This document shows positions 20,369 to 29,546 of a stretch of DNA of 64,000 nucleotides, piece by piece (the first letter of the stretch is position 1; the number at the start of each line of letters is the position of its first letter). The position numbers and the translations under genes were made by a program. Location: sequence record MT366760.1; one strand, 5' to 3'. The notes beneath the pieces are model-generated. The model made no database searches, was not told the DNA's origin, and worked only from the letters and a program-made list of their open reading frames with translations.

Positions 20369-20408
20369 CTGTAAATAACTACTATAACCAAATTAGTTTA
20401 GTTTACAG
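20369..20408. promoter_or_regulatory. divergent pair of CTGTAAA motifs (+ at 20369-20375, - at 20402-20408)
   Basis: One copy on each strand, located exactly between divergently transcribed units. Confidence 0.55.
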
Positions 20409-20441
20409 ATATTTACTGAAACGATTAATAAGGCGTTAATA

Positions 20442-20510
20442 ATGGCTGATACAGGTATATATCGGGTATTATCATTCGACCCTGGTAAAATAAATGGACT
20501 ATCACGGTAA
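20442..20510 (+). pseudogene. 22-codon remnant of the original resolvase 5' end (MADTGIYRVLSFDPGKINGLSR*)
   Basis: 14 codons encode exactly GIYRVLSFDPGKIN, as at 21344-21385; AAGG RBS upstream. Confidence 0.85.
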
Positions 20511-21339
20511 GGGAAATATCAAACGCACAACCGAAGGTTACAACATAGAACTTGCTGATAAGGGTAAGACGATGCGTGCTATGGAAGAGTACGTAAATGT
20601 GGACACACCGATATTACATGAGTGCGTTAGGTGTGGTGATAGCCGAGTAACTAAACCCTATTACATATTGACAGCATCTAAAAATGGTTGTAGGTCATGT
20701 AGTAAGTGGGGGAGCATTACAGATTATAATGAAAGGCTACGTAGTGATAAAAGGAAGCTACGTACTTTTGAACAACCTAAGGGTTGTAATGTTAAAATTG
20801 GACATCTTTGTTTAGTGTGTCACCACGTGTGGGAAGCAACACCGAATAGGGTCTTGACGGGTAAGACTGGCTGTCCAGAATGTGCAAAAGCATTACAGCA
20901 GGGTGTGAGGCGGAACTTCAAAGAATACGTATTAGACGGTAGGAGTGTGGTAGTCGAAGGTTATGAACCCCAAGCTATAGACTATCTAATTAACGTTCTA
21001 GGGGTTAAACCTAAACAAATCAGTGTGGCTAGTGAAAAAGTTGTACCCATCATCAAGTATAAGGAGAAGGGAAAGCAACGTCAACATTTCCCCGATATTT
21101 ATATACCTAAGTTGAACAGAATTGTTGAAGTTAAAGGTTCGTATACATTCTGCGGTAATAAGACGTTATTCACTAATATATGTCGTAAACGGAAAGCAGC
21201 TAAGAAATCAGGATATGAGTATTATGTATTCATCATGACCAAGGGTGGTACTAGAATTATGCTGCCTAAAGGTTGGTGGAAAATGAAGTATACTGAAGTA
21301 GCTAACCTTGTAAATAAAGGGGAGTGGGAAAGTGAGTAA
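20494..21339 (+). mobile_element. free-standing homing-type endonuclease (Zn-ribbon repeats + PD-(D/E)xK nuclease)
   Basis: CVRC..GCRSC and CLVC..WEATPNRV..GCPEC repeats; HFPDIYIPKLNRIVEVKG; flanked by the duplicated resolvase 5' end. Confidence 0.8.
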
Positions 21340-22006
21340 TGATGGTATATACCGAGTGCTGTCTTTCGATCCTGGAAAGATAAATTTTGCCTTCAGCTAC
21401 AATGAGCACAAGGTTAAGAATGGTAAGTTAATTACCCGTGTATTAGAAACTGGTATCATGAAGGTTCCCCTCGACAAATTAGGTGACGCTGATTTTTCTA
21501 AGCAATGTTTTAAGTTCTCTCAAGAGTTTGAAGGAATGCTTAAGAGGTTTGAGCGATTGTACGGTCGTGTTAACTTAATTACCCTAGAAAGGTATATGGG
21601 TCGCGGCACAATGGTCGGAACAACTATTGAGGTATGTGGTATCATGATTGGTATTATGACCAACGTTGTTCAGTTCCTTGGGTACTCAGCAGATATACAA
21701 CTCGTAACATCCGCGATATGGAAGAATGCATTCAACCGTATCAATACAAAAGAATACGAAAGCAGTGGTAAGAAGAAAACTGCCCAATGGTTAAACTTGT
21801 CCTATAATTTATGTAGGACATCAGCGCATGAACTTGACGCAACCCTCATAGGTTTATATGGAGCTTACAAATCCTTCGGGATTAAGCCGTACACGACTCA
21901 GGCTTCCGAGTATGAGCGTGACAGGATGTTAGGTATGGTTGAGGACGCATCAATGCTGCCACTTGAAAACAGGAGGCGCAAGCGCACGCATTTCATTGAG
22001 GACTAG
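21332..22006 (+). CDS. RuvC-like Holliday junction resolvase
   Basis: VLSFDPGKINFA, ITLERY, WKNAF, HELDATLIG acidic catalytic pattern. Confidence 0.75.
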   Translation: MSNDGIYRVLSFDPGKINFAFSYNEHKVKNGKLITRVLETGIMKVPLDKLGDADFSKQCFKFSQEFEGMLKRFERLYGRVNLITLERYMGRGTMVGTTIEVCGIMIGIMTNVVQFLGYSADIQLVTSAIWKNAFNRINTKEYESSGKKKTAQWLNLSYNLCRTSAHELDATLIGLYGAYKSFGIKPYTTQASEYERDRMLGMVEDASMLPLENRRRKRTHFIED

Positions 22007-22008
22007 GT

Positions 22009-22452
22009 ATGTGTAAGTTGGTCGAGAATGCTACGCAACTCGATATTGAAAATTCACTACGCGATGGTATAACGCAGAAGCAAGCGCAGTACCGACGTAT
22101 CGAAGGTGAAAAGAAAATTAAGTCTATCCTTGTGTTAGATGATTACATCGAATGGCTAGAATCTAGACCATACAGACGTATTGATGAAAACCTCATAGAT
22201 ACTGTAAATTATCACGTTATGGAAAGTACATTAAACAGGTATCCGTTTGACGGTGGTCACTTTAATGTAAACGTGCATACTTTACTAAGACTACTCAACA
22301 AAAAGAACTTAAAAAGATACTGCAAGTTTAAAGGTATCGAAACAACTTTCAATTCCCTTTTAAATGTGACGGATAAAGAACTGCGAGTAATGCAGTCGTC
22401 ACGTACAATTTTGTTAACCCTCTCAATATTCATGGAGAAGCAACATGGCTAA
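22009..22452 (+). CDS. hypothetical protein
   Basis: Coupled ORF with GAGGA RBS. Confidence 0.65.
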   Translation: MCKLVENATQLDIENSLRDGITQKQAQYRRIEGEKKIKSILVLDDYIEWLESRPYRRIDENLIDTVNYHVMESTLNRYPFDGGHFNVNVHTLLRLLNKKNLKRYCKFKGIETTFNSLLNVTDKELRVMQSSRTILLTLSIFMEKQHG

Positions 22453-23056
22453 GACCCTAATGGTTCAAGATATCACACCTGAAACTCGCAACGTGTTCGT
22501 TACTAACAACACTGAAGGTAGAGAACGAGGACCTATATTTTTCACTGTTCATCAACTAAAGGGCAATGGTGTTGACAACGTGGTTGTACCTAACACTTGG
22601 ATGGCAGTTGACCTAACGTCACAAGTTCACCCACAGCAGCTTCTGGAGTCTAACACATTCCGTCGTCTAGTTAACAGTAACCTAGTTACTATCTTGACTG
22701 ACGAAGAAGCTGACAAAATCAATAGCCGTGAAGGTGCGGAATCAGAAATCCAACGTCTACGTAAAGAAGAGTTCAACATTGAAGCTACGCTAAGCGGAAA
22801 CGGTCTGGGTTCACGTGGTAGTGTTGAAGCTAAGCCAACTGTAGAGCAAACCAACATTGGTCAACCATCAATGAAGGTTGAAGTACTTATGGCTGAAGCA
22901 GAGAAGACTGACGAAGTTTCTCTAATTAACGCACTACGCAACATCAAGTCTGAACTAGTTGAACCAGACTACAAATTCGTACGTAAAGTTGCTAAGGGTC
23001 TAGGTTACAAATCACTTACTCGTTGGTGTAACAACCAACTTAAAAAGATTAAGTAG
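22445..23056 (+). CDS. hypothetical protein (highly expressed codon bias)
   Basis: GGAG RBS; ends before a bidirectional terminator. Confidence 0.7.
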   Translation: MAKTLMVQDITPETRNVFVTNNTEGRERGPIFFTVHQLKGNGVDNVVVPNTWMAVDLTSQVHPQQLLESNTFRRLVNSNLVTILTDEEADKINSREGAESEIQRLRKEEFNIEATLSGNGLGSRGSVEAKPTVEQTNIGQPSMKVEVLMAEAEKTDEVSLINALRNIKSELVEPDYKFVRKVAKGLGYKSLTRWCNNQLKKIK

Positions 23057-23077
23057 TTTACCAAAGTCCGAAGAAAT

Positions 23078-23111
23078 AAAAAGCGCAGCCCGTTTGGGTT
23101 TGCGCTTTTTT
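23078..23111. terminator. bidirectional intrinsic terminator
   Basis: AAAAAGCGCA-GCCCGTTTGGGTT-TGCGCTTTTT between convergent genes. Confidence 0.85.
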
Positions 23112-23116
23112 AGTCT

Positions 23117-23425
23117 CTAAAGTTGGTCGATGGATACCCTACAATTAAACTTTTCTAGTTCACGGGTAACATAACCCGCAATCTTCTTAGGATTACCCTT
23201 TATCGGGTTAACTATCACCCTCTCGCTTTCACTAAGCGGTGAGAACATTTCCCAAGTATGCTTACCATTGTTCGATATGCAGTTAACAATAAGGTGTGTC
23301 GATGTGGTACGTACATGTTCCTCTCTAAATTCCCTATTACCCATTGCATGACCAAAACAATTGTCTGTGGTGACTACTGTGTTCTGACCAAGTCGGGATA
23401 TAGTGACTTGAACTTTACTTCTCAT
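23117..23425 (-). CDS. hypothetical protein (102 aa)
   Basis: ORF with GAGG RBS ending at the terminator. Confidence 0.6.
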   Translation of the reverse strand: MRSKVQVTISRLGQNTVVTTDNCFGHAMGNREFREEHVRTTSTHLIVNCISNNGKHTWEMFSPLSESERVIVNPIKGNPKKIAGYVTRELEKFNCRVSIDQL

Positions 23426-23477
23426 GAGAACCTCGGATAAAACAATACCCCGTTCCTTTCGGTTCGGGGTAAATCTA

Positions 23478-24095
23478 TTAGTCTAAATAGTGGTCTTCTA
23501 CTATTCTACGATAACACATCTTAATGCGCTCGGTTAATACCGTTTGTTGTTGTGGAATGACGAAGGTGTGAGTCATCCCATTAGCAGCAACGCGCTGTAA
23601 CGCACCCAGAACGATGTAGTTGAGTTTGTCGATATACGTAGCATCCATAAACCCACGACCGTCTCTGTCTTCTAGGGGAACCCCTGGCTGCACTACGGTT
23701 ACTTGACCAAAGTAGCGGTCAGTTAGTGCAATACAGTGGTCTGCGTAAGTACTGACAGCGTGAGCCTCAATGTCCGTTAGACTAGTCATTGAGATATCAC
23801 CGTAGACATACATCAGGAAGTCTAGTGGTGTACGGTCAATTAAGAAACCCTTAGCGTCAGGGTTATCAGTTAACCATTTATCAAGTGTGTCTTCATATTC
23901 ACCGATGACACAGTTCTGAATTTCCATGCGTTCTTCTAACGACATTAGAACATTTGTGGAGAACCCGTTGTCTTTGAAAACGCGGCTAACAGAGAACGGG
24001 ATGATTGGTAGACCCGTTTGTTCTGAAACGTTTTGTACTAGTGTGGTTTTGCCAGTGCAATGTGCTCCTGCAAACCCTATACCTTTCTTACCCAT
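23478..24095 (-). CDS. P-loop nucleotide kinase (AAA_28/NadR/dNMP-kinase-like)
   Basis: GFAGAHCTGKTTL Walker A; LIDRTPLDFLMY. Confidence 0.75.
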   Translation of the reverse strand: MGKKGIGFAGAHCTGKTTLVQNVSEQTGLPIIPFSVSRVFKDNGFSTNVLMSLEERMEIQNCVIGEYEDTLDKWLTDNPDAKGFLIDRTPLDFLMYVYGDISMTSLTDIEAHAVSTYADHCIALTDRYFGQVTVVQPGVPLEDRDGRGFMDATYIDKLNYIVLGALQRVAANGMTHTFVIPQQQTVLTERIKMCYRRIVEDHYLD

Positions 24096-24245
24096 TGGAT
24101 TAGTCCTCTTCGTCTATATGGATATTGTGTAGTTTGTTAAGGGTGTGTTGATTACGCATACGTCGGAATCCGTGTTCCTTTTTGTCCCGACGACCCGTAG
24201 CGTGTTTCTTTTTCTTCTTTACATAATGGTTCTTCTTTTTAGACA

Positions 24246-25328
24246 TTACGCTAACACCTCACGTAGCTCAGTTAGGAACACGGCTGATTCTTTGTTACTA
24301 AAGTCAAGGAACTCACTTACTAGTTTGATATAACGAGTCATAGCACCACGACGCTGAAGACGAACGAATAAGTCATCATTTTGTTCTTCAGTGTAGCGAG
24401 TGTTACGAGATAGCCAACGAGTAAATGAACCACTGTATGTCCCTGATAGAAGTTTAATGAACTTCTTCTCCCGACCACGGTACTTTTTCAGTAGCTTGTG
24501 GTAAGTAACACACAAGTCTGATTCAGTATCACCCGTAGTTGTCAGAGAACCATCAATCGAAGTTACTAATGAACAATCAGATGGTCCTGTTGATTCATCA
24601 AACACGTCTAGGCTAACCTTGAGTGAAGTGAATGTACCGTCGTCACCTTTGACTAGAACTGAGTTACGTTGAGAAGTGTATTGGAATATCAAGTTAATAC
24701 CTTGGTTGTGAATAGTGCGCTTAGCAATGTTCAAGGCGTGTAGTTCATTATCCATAGCAGGATATGCTTTCATTAAACCCTGAATACCCAACAAGCGTAG
24801 TTCACTCGCAATGTCTTCAATACGTAGGTGAGAACCAAGTGTAGCGAAACGGAGTTTCTTACCCGCGAACTTAGCGGTGTACGTAAACAACTGACTGTTT
24901 ACCTGAACAAGTAAGTCGTCCATCTCTCGTAGGGTAATCGGCTTTTCCACTTTACTGCATAGCTTCTGTAGTTGTTTCCAACTGCCGTTATCCTTTTTAA
25001 GCATCCATATTAGCTTAGCATCTTCTAGTGTAATCTTGTAAGCTTTCGCCCATTTAATAAGATGTGCACTAGTCTTGAACTCTTGGTGTGCCATAGCCAG
25101 TAAGTACAGCTTTAGGTTCTTCAATAAATAACCACGGTTAGAAAGTTCTGCTTGGAACCCAATGACACGAGCGTCCCTACCGTAAACATCACGCAAAGCT
25201 GATTTGTTCTTTGATGATGAATCAATACGGAGCAGGTGTCTTAATGTACTAAGTAAAACTTTCTTTCTTTGGTGTTTAGTTAGTTCTTTGTCGAAGTGCT
25301 CAGTGAGCAATGTATCTAAGATAGTCAT
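24246..25328 (-). CDS. hypothetical protein, possibly a divergent sigma-factor-like regulator
   Basis: EDIASELRLLGIQGLMKAYP..AKRTIHNQGINLI loosely resembles sigma region 2. Confidence 0.35.
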   Translation of the reverse strand: MTILDTLLTEHFDKELTKHQRKKVLLSTLRHLLRIDSSSKNKSALRDVYGRDARVIGFQAELSNRGYLLKNLKLYLLAMAHQEFKTSAHLIKWAKAYKITLEDAKLIWMLKKDNGSWKQLQKLCSKVEKPITLREMDDLLVQVNSQLFTYTAKFAGKKLRFATLGSHLRIEDIASELRLLGIQGLMKAYPAMDNELHALNIAKRTIHNQGINLIFQYTSQRNSVLVKGDDGTFTSLKVSLDVFDESTGPSDCSLVTSIDGSLTTTGDTESDLCVTYHKLLKKYRGREKKFIKLLSGTYSGSFTRWLSRNTRYTEEQNDDLFVRLQRRGAMTRYIKLVSEFLDFSNKESAVFLTELREVLA

Positions 25329-25338
25329 GAGTCACCTA

Positions 25339-26265
25339 TTAAACTGAAAAGCCTTTTGATGGACGAACTGGTTTGCGGCTCTTACGCACGGCACGTTTAG
25401 TTGCAACGGCACTTACAGGAGCTTTCTCTTTCTTACCTTTCTTGGCTTTCTTAGATGAATCTTCGGCTAGTCGTGGGTCAAGAACTTGAACTGCTCGGCT
25501 ATCAAGCCACTTAGTAGGGACAGTATCAATAGTTGGTACATCAGCGATGTCTGTCTTCTTAGTAGGTTTACCGCGATTAGCTTGTTCCCAAAGCATGTGC
25601 TTCTCTCGCTTAGCTTTAGGTGTGTTAATGCGATCTTCCTTCTTAAGTTTCTTAGCAAGTTTCTTAAACTCAGACTTAGTGAGGAGTGCTTCACGTGGGA
25701 CGGATAGGATGATACCTTTCTTGCCGTTTAGACTATCAATGTTGCCACAGATATGGATGAGTGCATCAGGTTTAGCTGACTCAACACCAATAACGTGTGC
25801 TTTGAAGTAGCAGTCTAGGTAATCAATGTGTGGTGCGGATAGGTTGATGTAAACGGGTTGTCCGAAGTCAAGACTGTGGTTCTTAATCATCGAACTGTTA
25901 TTGATGATAACTGATAGGATGCGTAGTTGCGACTTGTCTAATCCAAGAACCGCACTACCTAATGCACCAAAGATGTCACTGTCAGCTTCTGCTAGCTTGC
26001 GGAAGTTTGGAATGAACCCTGCTTTAGGTGCTGTAGCAAACGCCTGATAACCGTCGTCTTTTAGAGAACGTCCAGTGCTAGGCTTCTTAACATCAAAGTA
26101 TAGTGAGTCTTCGGCTCTTAGTGTCAAGTTAAGTTTGAACTTGCTATCCTGCTCTTGTTGCTCGGCTAGTTGTTGTGCACGGGCGTCAGCTCTCTTGATA
26201 GCTTTTTTAGCTTTGTTCACTTCTTTGAATTGTTTGTTTGCGTTGTTATCAGTATTCTTAGTCAT
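25339..26265 (-). CDS. hypothetical Lys-rich protein
   Basis: Long ORF in operon orientation with GGAG RBS. Confidence 0.7.
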   Translation of the reverse strand: MTKNTDNNANKQFKEVNKAKKAIKRADARAQQLAEQQEQDSKFKLNLTLRAEDSLYFDVKKPSTGRSLKDDGYQAFATAPKAGFIPNFRKLAEADSDIFGALGSAVLGLDKSQLRILSVIINNSSMIKNHSLDFGQPVYINLSAPHIDYLDCYFKAHVIGVESAKPDALIHICGNIDSLNGKKGIILSVPREALLTKSEFKKLAKKLKKEDRINTPKAKREKHMLWEQANRGKPTKKTDIADVPTIDTVPTKWLDSRAVQVLDPRLAEDSSKKAKKGKKEKAPVSAVATKRAVRKSRKPVRPSKGFSV

Positions 26266-26277
26266 CGTCTTCTCCGA

Positions 26278-26772
26278 TTATCTTTTGTAGTATCGTTGAT
26301 GCAACTGTTTGAGGGCTAATCGAATAACCTTGTCTTGGTTACGGATTCCAGTTGCGTTTTTAAGGTCGCTGATTATCTTTCGATATTCACCTGACCATGT
26401 TGTACTGTATTTCGCTGTCTTGTTATCATCGCCCTTAACATGTTGGGCAGCACTTCTAATAACAGATGCTAACAAGTACGACTTTAGAAGTTGCGTCTCG
26501 GTAGTCCATGCAGCGTTGAATGTTTTGAGTTCTGCGTTACCCGCTACCCATTCACCCTTAACACACTTGGCGGATATTGCTGCCTTGTGTATTGCGCTGT
26601 GACAAACTGAGCATATGCGTACTTGAGGACCGTTCTCGCCACCGGAACAACGTGGGATGATATGGTGATCTTCCAACGAGTTCTTAGTGGGACACATCCA
26701 ACAGGTTTCACCAATATTGATGTATCCGTTCTCAAGCTTCAAACCCAGTTTAGTCAGGGGTTCCCAATACAT
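26278..26772 (-). CDS. HNH endonuclease with C-terminal ribbon-helix-helix-like segment
   Basis: CWMC..LEDHHIIPRCSGGENGPQVRICSVCHSAIH. Confidence 0.8.
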   Translation of the reverse strand: MYWEPLTKLGLKLENGYINIGETCWMCPTKNSLEDHHIIPRCSGGENGPQVRICSVCHSAIHKAAISAKCVKGEWVAGNAELKTFNAAWTTETQLLKSYLLASVIRSAAQHVKGDDNKTAKYSTTWSGEYRKIISDLKNATGIRNQDKVIRLALKQLHQRYYKR

Positions 26773-26774
26773 GA

Positions 26775-27008
26775 TTAAGCGACTTCCAGTAACTCACTTA
26801 GTTCCTGAACGTCTTGTTTCGTTGAGGACATCATGTTGTCATTGTCCCAACGTGCGATTGCCTTTCGCAACCAACTAACGTTTCTACCTGAGCGGTCGAT
26901 ACTACATTTGTGCTGTGGTAGATTAACGTGTTGTGCAATAGCTTCAAGAAGTTCATTAATACGCTCAACTTTAGTGAGGTATAGTGGTGTGTTACTTTTA
27001 GACATCAT
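26775..27008 (-). CDS. hypothetical protein
   Basis: AAGGAG RBS before the ATG at 27008. Confidence 0.6.
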   Translation of the reverse strand: MMSKSNTPLYLTKVERINELLEAIAQHVNLPQHKCSIDRSGRNVSWLRKAIARWDNDNMMSSTKQDVQELSELLEVA

Positions 27009-27052
27009 GTGTCTCCTTATCATTTAATGATTGGCTTATGTTACGATTTAAG

Positions 27053-27880
27053 TTACAGTGCAAGACCCCATTCAATGTCGCCACTGAAGTAGATCTTGTC
27101 TTTAAGGTAATCAATGCGTGGTGCTTCCATTACCCAAAAGAATAAGTGTGAAGTACAAGCTGCCTGACGTACTGGCGATTCTTCTACCAATGTCACTTCA
27201 CAGTTGAGTTCTTTAGAGAAAGTCGCTAGTGCTTCCTCAACCGCTTTCATACCGTCCTCACGATACACCGTTGTTTTGATGGCTAACACGAATTGATTGT
27301 TCAGGACAACATAGTCGCTGTTATTGCCGTCACCTAGATAGGCAAAGTCAATCTTCAGTTCGGATAGTGCATTCTCGTTAACTGAAAAGCGGTTGAACGG
27401 TGCGATGATTGGTAGGTTAACTAAAGCAAGTTTCGCTTTCTTCTTAGGCAACGACTTAGTGAACTTAGCAGAATCAGCAATAATGGTTTCGGAAGCCTTA
27501 ATCGCTAAGTCTTCTTCTTTCTGCTTCTTCTTCCCAACCTTAACGTTTTCATCTAACCATGCGTCAACCGACTTTAGAAGTGGTTTGAATCCAGTGTGGA
27601 ATTCTTTGAGCATATCCGACTCGATGAAACCCTCATCGGAGTTGAACTGTTGGATGGAACGTAAATGGTTGTACCCTTGTTTATAGACACCCTTAAGCGG
27701 GGATGAATTAAAGTCGTCAGGGGGGAAACAACCCTTCAGGATTTTCAATGACTCAAGCATGTTGCGAACTAGCTGAGGGTATGACTTAGGTGAAACCGTA
27801 GAAAACTTCTTAATCTTCTTCAGCTTCTTATTCGTATCCTCTAACGCGTCGAGAATCAATTCACGTTGTTTAGGATTCAT
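27053..27880 (-). CDS. hypothetical protein
   Basis: AGGAG RBS before the ATG at 27880. Confidence 0.7.
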   Translation of the reverse strand: MNPKQRELILDALEDTNKKLKKIKKFSTVSPKSYPQLVRNMLESLKILKGCFPPDDFNSSPLKGVYKQGYNHLRSIQQFNSDEGFIESDMLKEFHTGFKPLLKSVDAWLDENVKVGKKKQKEEDLAIKASETIIADSAKFTKSLPKKKAKLALVNLPIIAPFNRFSVNENALSELKIDFAYLGDGNNSDYVVLNNQFVLAIKTTVYREDGMKAVEEALATFSKELNCEVTLVEESPVRQAACTSHLFFWVMEAPRIDYLKDKIYFSGDIEWGLAL

Positions 27881-27987
27881 AATCACTCCTGATCTTCAAG
27901 TTACAATTTTGGTACGCATGTCCATTATACAGGAGTACGACTTCCGTGTCAAACACTTTTTTACCATGTGACATGAGTCACAAAACG

Positions 27988-29535
27988 CTATTCAGCTTCA
28001 CCTGCTGCTTCCATGATCTTATCCAATGAAGTCAGTTGTTTAGCTACCACGCTAGCAGGGTCTTTCTCAAGCTTCTTGATTTCACGGATAACGGCTTTCG
28101 TATCGTTGATGTCAGATTTGAGTTTGTTACCTTCTAGCTTGCGCAATGAATCAACGCGAAGGGTACCAATGAACTTCGCTTCATCCAAACTGATACTAAG
28201 CTTCTTAGATAGGAACTCGTAAGTGTCCTTACGCTTAAGTGCATCGGCAATTAGGTCGATGGATAAACAAGCTAGGTGTTTAAGTTCCAATTCACGAAGT
28301 TTATCTTGAGCTTTACCACGACGGTATTCAAGAACCTTAGCTTCTAGGTCTACACGCCATGCAACCCAGTCTTCGATTAGTGAAGGTATTGTACATGGTT
28401 CGAAACGTGCGCGAACTTCAGGTACACCATCCTCGTCTTCTTCGTCACGGTAGACATAGCGTTCTGTTACGTTACATTTGAAGTGTTGAGTCACACCAAA
28501 CATGTCTGCCATTTCGTCAGCTACTTCAGCAACAGACTTCTTAGCAACGTTGTTCTTTAGCTGAATGGTGTAAGCAACATAGTCAGAACCGGTTTTAACA
28601 TTGATGTCTGAGTCGTCTACAACAGCAGCGACACGTTCGTCGTCTTCAAGCTTAGTGACTACTTTGTTCACGTCTTTCATTGGACAGAACGTGTCGATTG
28701 TTACAGTGCGCTCATCTTCATCGTAAGTGTAATCGGGATAGAAGTAAACGGAACCGTGACCTGTTTTGTAGAAGTCTTTTAATTCTTCTACAACGTCAGC
28801 ATCGTCTAAGTCCTGATAGGCGATTGCACCATTAGTAGTTTTGAACACTAGGTTCTTAACACAGTCATTGACAGTTACACGCTTACCAGTCAACGCTTTC
28901 TTAACTAGCTTAGCGACGCCATCGTATTCATAGGATGGTAGCCAACCAGTTACACCTACCGCGATACCATAACTACCATTAAGGAGGATGTTGGGTACGA
29001 GTGAGGGTAGCACGAAAGGTTCTACGGATGAACCATCGAAGTTAGGTAACATCTCTGTTACTGCCATGTATTCACGGTTACAGAATGTGTTGTAGGCAAA
29101 TGGGGTTATACGTGTCTCAGTGTAACGCATCGCAGCATAACCTTTAGGGTTTTTAATGTTACCCCAGTTACCCTGACCTGCGAAGAAGGAGAACGGCATA
29201 CCTTTAGTTAACTTGACGTGAGTACCGTAGAGCGACGTGTCACCATGCGGGTGATACTTACCCATAGTTTCACCGATAAGTCGAGCAGACTTAATCAGCT
29301 TACCGCCTGGGGTCATGCCAAGTTTATAAGCAGCCCAGAGTAGGCGACGTTCAACTGGCATTAGACCATCACGGTAATCAGCTAGAGCACGGTCACCGAT
29401 TGTTTTCTCTGCATAGATGTCAATGTACTGTTCACGGGTGAAGTCCATCAAGTCTACGTTAATGATGTTCTCTTCTTTGTTTTGTTTCGCACGAGCCGCT
29501 TTGCCCGTTGTGTTCTTTTGTTTTCTAGGAGCCAT
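27988..29535 (-). CDS. gyrA: type IIA topoisomerase subunit A (GyrA/ParC-like, no C-terminal pinwheel)
   Basis: DGLMPVERR, KSARLIG..GKYHPHGD, AAMRYTE catalytic Tyr. Confidence 0.95.
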   Translation of the reverse strand: MAPRKQKNTTGKAARAKQNKEENIINVDLMDFTREQYIDIYAEKTIGDRALADYRDGLMPVERRLLWAAYKLGMTPGGKLIKSARLIGETMGKYHPHGDTSLYGTHVKLTKGMPFSFFAGQGNWGNIKNPKGYAAMRYTETRITPFAYNTFCNREYMAVTEMLPNFDGSSVEPFVLPSLVPNILLNGSYGIAVGVTGWLPSYEYDGVAKLVKKALTGKRVTVNDCVKNLVFKTTNGAIAYQDLDDADVVEELKDFYKTGHGSVYFYPDYTYDEDERTVTIDTFCPMKDVNKVVTKLEDDERVAAVVDDSDINVKTGSDYVAYTIQLKNNVAKKSVAEVADEMADMFGVTQHFKCNVTERYVYRDEEDEDGVPEVRARFEPCTIPSLIEDWVAWRVDLEAKVLEYRRGKAQDKLRELELKHLACLSIDLIADALKRKDTYEFLSKKLSISLDEAKFIGTLRVDSLRKLEGNKLKSDINDTKAVIREIKKLEKDPASVVAKQLTSLDKIMEAAGEAE

Positions 29536-29546
29536 CTTTAGTTACC

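Noticed and set aside
20494-21339. Group I intron or intein interrupting the resolvase
   Set aside because: Almost no non-coding space for a ribozyme core, no intein Cys/His-Asn termini, and the downstream resolvase copy is complete with its own start
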